DNA of 32,000 bases from Flavobacteriaceae bacterium. Its GTDB lineage: Bacteria > Bacteroidota > Bacteroidia > Flavobacteriales > Flavobacteriaceae. Position numbers and translations under genes: made by a program. Where the stretch lies: NCBI GenBank assembly GCA_965224465.1, contig OZ245049.1:2820001-2852000 (forward strand), given 5' to 3'. Positions 18,226-24,916 of this stretch are shown here, piece after piece (position 1 is the stretch's first letter; each line of letters opens with the position of its first letter). The notes under the pieces were generated by a model that saw only the letters and a list, made by a program, of their open reading frames with translations, had not been told where the DNA came from and made no database searches.

Positions 18226-19673
18226 TCAATAGTGTAGCTAAGCCTGTAATTATACCTTACTCTTACATTCCTATTATGTTGTTTTCCTGCTTTCATTTTT
18301 GGTAGTAATTTTATAACCCGAATGGCTTCTTTTGTCAAAAGAGGATGCATCGATCGTACAGAAATGTTTGTGATTAGACCATTTTCATCAATTACAAAAC
18401 GAATCATCATATTTTTTACGCCCTTTGACAAACCTAATTTCTTAGGTACTTCTAAATTAAAATTACGAGCTACAAGATCATTTATAAAAGAATACACACA
18501 CACTTTTTTTCTGGCTATAGTCCCAGTACAAGCTCTAAAAACAGGAGGGATTTCTACCGTAGAAAACGAGAAAATAGTTATCGGCACGTCAAGCTCCTCC
18601 TCTTTAGCAATAGCTTCTGGAATTTCCACTTTCTTTTTTCCAATTTGAACAGTACTGGTTTTAGCCGTGAATTCCAAAGCATCAGACGAAGAAGCATTCC
18701 AATCAATTTTACTAGTGTAAATTATATTTACAGGAAAATATTGATTCCTGATAAAATTTTTCTTCTCACAATACAGGCTATTAAAATCTAAATCATACAG
18801 ATTATTTGCAACCCGGTTCCACAAGAGCAAGTAGGATTTTTGTATTTCTTTATAAACAACTCCCAGAAGATCTCTATTATTTTTATAATTATAAATTTTA
18901 AGATACGCCTTATTTGGATGCTCCGACGATGAAGGATTTTTAGCCCCTTGACAATAATAACATGTTTTTTGACCATACCCTAAGCCTCCATTATTCTCTA
19001 AAAATTCAGTGACATATTTAGAAACCTCTGACAGCTCGATAGATTGGTTATTTATATAAATAGTACTGTCGTTTTTTATGACAATTTTCAGAATATTCTT
19101 TTGTTTGAAAACAATCTTCATTTTTAGGTTCATATTATTTGTTAAGCTTCCATTTTTATCGATAAACAATTCGTTCACCTTATAATCACAATCAAAATTC
19201 AAATCTCTCCCAGCAACTATCATTTTACTGAAATAAGAAACCCGCAAACTATCCCCTATAAACAAGGGCTTGTTTATTAAATAAACAGGGGTATTAAATT
19301 TGGTCAACAAGCAATTAGTTTTATCGAATATAGAAGAGCCCAATTGATTGTTTACCTGTGTAGATCCATAGGTTCTATTTTTCACAACAGCCCCATCCTC
19401 AATACGGCACACCATTGCGGCCTTTTTATTATCACCATTGATTCTCGGCAGCGAAACATCAAGCCCCCCACTTAAACTAGAACTATTAATTACGGATGCA
19501 TCATAAATAAAACCAGCTAGACCAACACGATTTACTAGCGGAATAACGCTTTCAAATATCTTCGAAATATTTTTTGGTTGCGTATCTTTATTTACACCAA
19601 GCACAGACCCATAAGAAACTAAAGGCAAGGATATTAGTAAATACATGATGCTGCTTTTTATTTTATTTTTCAT
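18222..19673 (-). CDS. Secreted protein with a C-terminal TonB-C-like domain
   Basis: 483 aa with an N-terminal signal-like segment (MYLLISLPLVSYGS). The C-terminus, VEIPPVFRAC..C..FINDLVARNFN..GLSKGVKNMMIRFVIDENGLITNISV..LTKEAIRVIKLLPKMKAGKQHNRNVRVRY, fits the flavobacterial TonB C-terminal domain pattern. Confidence 0.8.
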   Translation of the reverse strand: MKNKIKSSIMYLLISLPLVSYGSVLGVNKDTQPKNISKIFESVIPLVNRVGLAGFIYDASVINSSSLSGGLDVSLPRINGDNKKAAMVCRIEDGAVVKNRTYGSTQVNNQLGSSIFDKTNCLLTKFNTPVYLINKPLFIGDSLRVSYFSKMIVAGRDLNFDCDYKVNELFIDKNGSLTNNMNLKMKIVFKQKNILKIVIKNDSTIYINNQSIELSEVSKYVTEFLENNGGLGYGQKTCYYCQGAKNPSSSEHPNKAYLKIYNYKNNRDLLGVVYKEIQKSYLLLWNRVANNLYDLDFNSLYCEKKNFIRNQYFPVNIIYTSKIDWNASSSDALEFTAKTSTVQIGKKKVEIPEAIAKEEELDVPITIFSFSTVEIPPVFRACTGTIARKKVCVYSFINDLVARNFNLEVPKKLGLSKGVKNMMIRFVIDENGLITNISVRSMHPLLTKEAIRVIKLLPKMKAGKQHNRNVRVRYNYRLSYTIE

Positions 19674-19869
19674 TTATTTTTTTGTTTTTCGCTGTTAAAT
19701 TCTGCTTCATTTAGATTGTATATTGTTCTAAAAAAACAGCAGTTAGAAATGTTGGTTGGTAGTATTTTATAGTACCTTAACGTACGTTTAAAACAATTAT
19801 TTTCCTCCTTCCAAAAAAAATAGCTTACAACAGTTGACTGATGAAACACTGCGCTTATATCCCCCTTAA

Positions 19870-19933
19870 TTTCCACTCTTTATCTATCTTAATTCTTTTG
19901 TATTTTCTTGCAACTTCTCTCCCTGTCTTTCCA
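19870..19933 (-). pseudogene. Detached 3' end of immunity paralog Imm2(B), cut off by the MITE insertion
   Basis: atttccactctttatctatcttaattcttttgtattttcttgcaacttct.tccc.gtctttcca is homologous to 23354-23417, which encodes the LDGKTGEEVARKYKRIKIDKEWK tail of the intact paralog. Confidence 0.6.
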
Positions 19934-20100
19934 AAGAACACCAATTACAATCCAAAATGACAGATATAAATAGTTTATTTTACGTTCTAGCGTCGTTAAA
20001 AAACAGAACGATAGCTATGGCTATCCTTCCATTTTTCGCCTAGCTATAACAAAAAATAATTCCATTTCTAAACCGTCATTTGGAAATGTATTTGGTATTA
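19934..20100 (+). repeat. MITE-like element, long form of about 167 bp, inserted in the immunity gene Imm2(B)
   Basis: The intact paralog at 23409-23425 reads gtctttcca|tctaatac with no insert. Here the sequence aagaacaccaatt...aaatgtatttggtatta lies between those points. The imperfect terminal inverted repeats are caccaattacaatccaaaa and the reverse complement taccaaatacatttccaaa. Boundaries are good to about 5 bp. Confidence 0.7.
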
Positions 20101-20706
20101 CACATACCACAAAACAACACTAAAAACGCGAGTAGCTCCTTTAGGCGTATAGGGAACAGGACCATACATAACACTCCATTGTATAGAATCGGTTTCTGTT
20201 AAATTAGAAGAATCAGTACGAGCCAATGTTACTTTTGCTTTTTTAGTAAACCCCAAGACATCTTTATCTACAAGATTGTTTTCTTTGCAATATTCTAGAA
20301 CATCTTCTAACGTGAACGTGTAATATTTGTCGAAGTCCTTAACCTTAGTTATATTTCCATTACTATCATACCATTTAAACAATCCTAAATGAAGGTTTGA
20401 ATCATAGTATTCTCCTTTTTGTATAATAACCCCTATATTATTGAATACGTTAGTTTTACAATACTTTGACTTTTTTCTAGAAACCCTTTCTATATAATAA
20501 TTATCTCTATATTCCTGAGTTACAAAATCTTTATTATGATTATAAAAAGTATAAACAGTTCCTTTTTTGTATTTATTAAATGTACTTATATCAAAAGTAT
20601 CTAATCCTTGAGTCATTGTTGTTGTATTTTGTTGATTTGATTTTTTTTGCCCTTTACAAGACGTGCATGTAAGAGTAATAGCCACTAATATAATTAAAAA
20701 CCTCAT
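20098..20706 (-). CDS. Lipoprotein immunity paralog Imm2(B), C-terminally truncated with its stop supplied by the MITE terminus
   Basis: The real start is the ATG at 20706 (MRFLIILVAITLTCTSCKG). The longer track ORF reads out of frame through the orphan toxin remnant. It ends ...ATRVFSVVLWYV*, whereas the intact paralog continues VVLLYVLDGKTGEE... Confidence 0.7.
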   Translation of the reverse strand: MRFLIILVAITLTCTSCKGQKKSNQQNTTTMTQGLDTFDISTFNKYKKGTVYTFYNHNKDFVTQEYRDNYYIERVSRKKSKYCKTNVFNNIGVIIQKGEYYDSNLHLGLFKWYDSNGNITKVKDFDKYYTFTLEDVLEYCKENNLVDKDVLGFTKKAKVTLARTDSSNLTETDSIQWSVMYGPVPYTPKGATRVFSVVLWYV

Positions 20707-20708
20707 AT

Positions 20709-20897
20709 TTATTCGTTTTTTATTTTGGCATTGTTCCTTAATAGTTCCCATTGTCATTTGTAAAATTGGATGACAGGGAGTGCCGGAGTAATAACATCTG
20801 AATAATCCATAATACAATCGGTTTTACCATAATCATACGTAAAAGCACCAAAATTACTAAAACTATGGTACGCTAAGTTAATATACAGCGGCGGCAA
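20709..20897 (-). pseudogene. Orphan toxin C-terminal remnant CT2(B), further decayed
   Basis: Nearly identical to 24027-24215, but the codon for the first Trp of the KWQW motif is TGA here (plus strand ttgtcatttg versus ttgccatttg). Confidence 0.6.
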
Positions 20898-21547
20898 CTA
20901 ACAAACAAAAACCTCTAGGATAAACGAAATCAAAATCACATTCTCACTGTTTGTTATTTTTTTACATAGATTGTATCATATACTGCTATTGTTCCTGTTT
21001 CGCCTAAAGCATCTTTACCTTTAAAGAGTTTTACTATAAGTTCTTCTCCTGTTTTTCCATCCAAAACAATAACAAAACGACCTTTTACATCCTTATACCG
21101 CCCATTAAAATCAAGTGTCCAAGTAGTTTCACTAGCATCACTCCATCTTGAAATACCAATCACTTGTTTTTGTATGTCTTCTACATCATGATCCATTAAA
21201 TACTTTTTTATATCTTCCCACGAAAACGTATAAGGAGCATCTAAATCTATTTCTTTTATCAATGTTCCTTGTTCGTCGTATTCTTTTAAAATACCTTTTA
21301 TAAAGTCATTCGGAAAAGACAAAAAAGATGATTTTAATTTTCCGTTTTTATAATATTCATAAATCTTTTCAAAACAATCACTTTCTCCCCTATAAAACTC
21401 CCAGTATGAATCCGTTAATTCTTGCTGCCTAATTACTATTCCTTTTTCTATTGAATACGTATACTCTCCAAAACCATTTTTTTTATTTTTAAAACCCTCT
21501 ATATCGAATGTCTTCATTGTTTTACTTGTTTTTATTTTATTTTGACT

Positions 21548-22672
21548 CTTAAATTCAACTAATAAACGCAACTTTTCGATTTGATTCTATGATGGTTATA
21601 TTTTCAAAACAGAAAAGTAGGAAAACCTACCTTTCTTGTCTTGATGGATATGTATCTTACGGTCTCAAATCTCGAAAAAAGAAGTTGTATGAAACACATC
21701 ACCCAAGCGCAAAGATACACAATTTGTTGCATGTTAAAACAAGGTTATAAACAGGTTGAGATAGCAGCTGCTATAGGAAAAGACAAGTCTGTTATTAGCA
21801 AAGAGATTAAGCGTAATTCAGACAAAAGAAATGGAGTTTACAAGCATGAATTAGCCCAAAAAAAGTATGCTAAACGTCATAAAGAAAAGCCTAAAAGAAA
21901 ACGCTTTACAGAAGATATTCAACAAGCAATAGAGTTGTTATTGCGAGACGATTATAGTCCTGAGCAAGTAGTTGGTGTCCTAAAAAAACAAGGTAAAGAA
22001 ACGGTGTCTATTGAGCGTATATATCAGCATATTAGGGAAGACAAGAGGAATGATGGTGATTTACATACACACCTTCGCAGACAGGGAAGGAGATATAGAA
22101 AACGTGGCTCATCAAAGGATTCTAGAGGGGTTATAAAGAATCGTATTAGTATAGAACAACGCCCTGAAGTTGTTGAACAAAGAAATCGATTTGGAGATTT
22201 AGAGGTCGATTTAATCATAGGTAAAAACCATAATCAAGCCATACTTACCGTAAATGATAGAGCTTCTGGAATGCTTAAAATGAAAAAAGTAAGCTCTAAA
22301 GAAGCAGTTGTTGTCACTAAAGCTATCAATGAAATATTAGAAGACTGGAAGCCTTATCTACATACTATAACAGCTGATAATGGAAAAGAATTTGCAGGCC
22401 ATGAGCAGGTTGCAGAAAATTTATGTATTGATTACTTTTTTGCGCATCCATATCACTCTTGGGAAAGAGGATCTAACGAAAATTTAAATGGTTTGATTAG
22501 ACAATATTTTGCCAAAGGAAGTGACTTTACAAACCTAACAGATCAAAGAATCAAAGAGGTAGAAACAAAATTAAATAACAGACCTAGGAAGAGACATAAA
22601 TATCAAAACCCTATATTTGTAATGGAACAATTATTATTTAACTAAAAGTTGCGTTTGTGACTTGAATTCAGC
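21548..22672 (+). mobile_element. IS30-family insertion sequence, copy 1, 1125 bp
   Basis: Boundaries come from comparison with the uninterrupted paralog, which reads tttgactattacaattg at about 24855. Here the sequence is tttgACT[IS]ACTattacaattg, a 3-bp target duplication. The imperfect inverted repeats are cttaaattcaactaataaacgcaactttt and the reverse complement gctgaattcaagtcacaaacgcaactttt. Confidence 0.9.
21689..22645 (+). CDS. IS30-family transposase
   Basis: The likely start is MKHITQAQRYTICCMLKQGYKQVEIAAAIGKDKSVISKEIKRNS, a helix-turn-helix. The DDE core includes GDLEVDLI, ITADNGKEF and WERGSNENLNGLIRQY. The track start at 21641 is a TTG 16 codons upstream. Confidence 0.9.
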   Translation: MKHITQAQRYTICCMLKQGYKQVEIAAAIGKDKSVISKEIKRNSDKRNGVYKHELAQKKYAKRHKEKPKRKRFTEDIQQAIELLLRDDYSPEQVVGVLKKQGKETVSIERIYQHIREDKRNDGDLHTHLRRQGRRYRKRGSSKDSRGVIKNRISIEQRPEVVEQRNRFGDLEVDLIIGKNHNQAILTVNDRASGMLKMKKVSSKEAVVVTKAINEILEDWKPYLHTITADNGKEFAGHEQVAENLCIDYFFAHPYHSWERGSNENLNGLIRQYFAKGSDFTNLTDQRIKEVETKLNNRPRKRHKYQNPIFVMEQLLFN

Positions 22673-22729
22673 ACTATTACAATTGACCATAGTTATTAAA
22701 ACGGCTATTATATATATATTCTTCATAAC

Positions 22730-22888
22730 TTATTCTTTATCTAGGTTATTTTGCATAATACTCCATTGCCAAACCCAAGTACTAATTACAGGTATTAAGT
22801 TTGGACCAATATCAGAATAATCCATAATAGTATCGGTTTAGCCATTTTCATACGTAAAAGAAGCTAAAAATGGACATCTCTGTACATC
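22730..22888 (-). pseudogene. Chimeric orphan toxin C-terminal remnant with an internal stop
   Basis: The reverse strand reads ..FLASFTYENG*TDTIMDYSDIGPNLIPVISTWVWQWSIMQNNLDKE*. The 3' part is nearly identical to the tail of the full toxin. The part upstream of TD.IMDY resembles the CT2 remnant (AFTYDYGKTDCIMDY). Confidence 0.55.
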
Positions 22889-22939
22889 ATTTCTGATTTT
22901 GAATCATAAAAAAACATTATAATACAACCAAATCGTTTA

Positions 22940-23294
22940 CTAATCCTCTCTTGATTTCCACTCTTTATCTATCTTAATTCTTTTGTATTTTCTTGCAACT
23001 TCTTCCCCCGTCTTTCCAAAGAACACCAATTACAATCCAAAATAACCGATATAAATAGTTTATTTTACGTTCTAGCGTCGTTAAAAAACAGAACGATAGC
23101 TATGACTATCCTTCCATTTTTCGCCTAGCTATAACAAAAAATAATTCCATTTCTAAACCGTCATTTGGAAATGTATTTGGTATTACACATACCACAAAAC
23201 CACCCTAAAAACGCGAGTAGTTCCTTTAGGCGTATAGGGAACAGAACCATACATAACACTCCATTGTATAGAATCGGTTTCTGTTAAATTAGAA
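22940..23294 (-). pseudogene. Partial third copy of the Imm2 3' end, also carrying a MITE
   Basis: It encodes SNLTETDSIQWSVMYGSVPYTPKGTTRVFRVVLWYV*, then the MITE, then the LDGKTGEE..SRED* tail. The junction to unrelated spacer is at about 23294 (ttaaattaga|attttgaatc). Confidence 0.6.
23019..23185 (+). repeat. MITE-like element, long form, at the same site as the 19934 copy
   Basis: Near-identical to 19934-20100, with the same flanks (gtctttcca| and |cacataccacaaaac). Confidence 0.7.
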
Positions 23295-23337
23295 TTTTGA
23301 ATCATAAAAAAACATTACAACACAACCAAATCGTTTA

Positions 23338-24024
23338 CTAATCCTCTCTTGATTTCCACTCTTTATCTATCTTAATTCTTTTGTATTTTCTTGCAACTTC
23401 TTCCCCCGTCTTTCCATCTAATACATACAACAAAACCACACTAAAAACGCGAGTAGCTCCTTTAGGCGTATAGGGAACAGGACCATACATAACACTCCAT
23501 TGTATAGAATCAGTTTCTGTTAAATTAGAAGAATCAGTACGAGCCAATGTTACTTTTGCTTTTTTAGTAAACCCCAAGACATCTTTATCAACAATATTGT
23601 TTTCTTTGCAATATTCTAGAACATCTTCTAACGTGAACGTGTAATATTTATTCAAATTATCTTTTTTTACTACAATTCCTTCTTCATTAATATACATATA
23701 ATTACCTATGTAAATATTACCGTAGAATTCACCTTTTTCTTTTACACTTCCATTTTTATAGAATATTTTTTTAACACCGTATTTACTGTCTTTATGAGTT
23801 GTTTTCTCAGAATAATAATCTCCCCAATCTATTTGGCACACTATATTTCCCAAAGAGTTATTAAAATTATATTCATTACCAACTCTATTCTTTTTAAATG
23901 TTTCTATATCTAATACCTCTAATTCTTGAGTCATTGTTGTTGTATTTTGTTTATTTGATTTTTCTTGCCCTTTACAAGACGTGCATGCAAAAGTAATAGC
24001 CACTAATATAATTAAAAGCTTCAT
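23338..24024 (-). CDS. Lipoprotein immunity paralog Imm2(A), intact
   Basis: The start at 24024 gives MKLLIILVAITFACTSCKG. The middle has MORN-like repeats (KKIFYKNGSVKEKGEFYGNIYIGNYMYINEEGIVV). The C-terminus is ..IQWSVMYG...VFSVVLLYVLDGKTGEEV. The start lies 2 nt after the CT2 remnant stop. Confidence 0.8.
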   Translation of the reverse strand: MKLLIILVAITFACTSCKGQEKSNKQNTTTMTQELEVLDIETFKKNRVGNEYNFNNSLGNIVCQIDWGDYYSEKTTHKDSKYGVKKIFYKNGSVKEKGEFYGNIYIGNYMYINEEGIVVKKDNLNKYYTFTLEDVLEYCKENNIVDKDVLGFTKKAKVTLARTDSSNLTETDSIQWSVMYGPVPYTPKGATRVFSVVLLYVLDGKTGEEVARKYKRIKIDKEWKSRED

Positions 24025-24026
24025 AT

Positions 24027-24215
24027 TTATTCGTTTTTTATTTTGGCATTGGCCCTTAATAGTTCCCATTGCCATTTGTAAAATTGGATGACAGGGAGTG
24101 CCGGAGTAATAACATCTGAATAATCCATAATACAATCGGTTTTACCATAATCATACGTAAAAGCACCAAAATTACTAAAACTATGGTACGCTAAGTTAAT
24201 ATACAGCGGCGGCAA
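24027..24215 (-). pseudogene. Orphan toxin C-terminal remnant CT2(A), lacking the HExxH helix
   Basis: (L)PPLYINLAYHSFSNFGAFTYDYGKTDCIMDYSDVITPALPVIQFYKWQWELLRANAKIKNE* aligns with GLYHSFSDSGEFVFEKFKTDNIMDYSDIGPNLIPVISTWVWQWSVMQNNLDKE* of the full toxin. The only start is a TTG directly preceded by an in-frame TAG. Confidence 0.65.
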
Positions 24216-24271
24216 CTAACGAACAAAAACCTCTAGGATAAACGCAATCAAAATCACATTCTCACTGTTTG

Positions 24272-24913
24272 TTATTTTTTTACATAGATTGTATCATATA
24301 CTGCTATTGTTCCTGTTTCGCCTAAAGCATCTTTACCTTTAAAGAGTTTTACTATAAGTTCTTCTCCTGTTTTTCCGTCCAAAACAATAACAAAACGACC
24401 TTTTACATCCTTATACCGCCCATTAAAATCAAGTGTCCAAGTAGTTTCATTAGCATCACTCCATCTTGAAATACCAATCACTTGTTTTTGTATGTCTTCT
24501 ACATCATGATCCATTAAATACTTTTTTATATCTTCCCACGAAAACGTATAAGGAGCATCTAAATCTATTTCTTTTATCAATGTTCCTTGTTCGTCGTATT
24601 CTTTTAGATTCCCCAAGGCAAAAGCCTTAGGAAATCTTTTTACAAAGCGTTTTACTTTTCCATTTTTAAAATACTCATAAAAATATTCTAAAACAGAGTC
24701 TACAGATTTTATTGTTTCCCAATATTCATCTTCATTTTCATATTGTTTTACACTTATACCATCATTGGAAGTGAAAAAGTAAGAATTCATCGTTTTGTTC
24801 TTTTTAAAACCCTCTATATCAAATGTCTTCATTGTTTTACTTGTTTTTATTTTATTTTGACTATTACAATTGACCATAGTTATTAAAACGGCTATTATAT
24901 ATATATTCTTCAT
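24272..24913 (-). CDS. Lipoprotein, candidate cognate immunity protein Imm1(A) of the TssD-metzincin toxin
   Basis: 213 aa, starting 3 nt after the toxin stop. MKNIYIIAVLITMVNC is a signal peptide with Cys. It has a MORN-like segment (FYEYFKNGKVKRFVKRF) and a C-terminal ..TTWTLDFNGRYKDVKGRFVIVLDGKTGEELIV. Confidence 0.85.
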   Translation of the reverse strand: MKNIYIIAVLITMVNCNSQNKIKTSKTMKTFDIEGFKKNKTMNSYFFTSNDGISVKQYENEDEYWETIKSVDSVLEYFYEYFKNGKVKRFVKRFPKAFALGNLKEYDEQGTLIKEIDLDAPYTFSWEDIKKYLMDHDVEDIQKQVIGISRWSDANETTWTLDFNGRYKDVKGRFVIVLDGKTGEELIVKLFKGKDALGETGTIAVYDTIYVKK

Positions 24914-24916
24914 AAC

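Larger units (their letters stand above)
20954..22726 (-). pseudogene. Lipoprotein immunity paralog Imm1(B), interrupted by IS30 after the signal peptide
   Basis: 22676-22726 matches the 5' end of 24272-24913 (MKNIYIIAVLITMVNCNS). 20954-21547 encodes the remainder. The track ORF's N-terminal MRLLVEFK is read from the IS end. Confidence 0.8.

Noticed and set aside
20707-20817. N-terminal extension of the track ORF 20098-20817 (MYYGLFRCYYSGTPCHPILQM...). The equivalent extension applies to 23338-24135.
   Set aside because: The extension is an out-of-frame read through the orphan toxin tail. The internal ATG gives a clean signal peptide with lipobox (MRFLIILVAITLTCTSC and MKLLIILVAITFACTSC) and starts 2 nt after the tail's stop.
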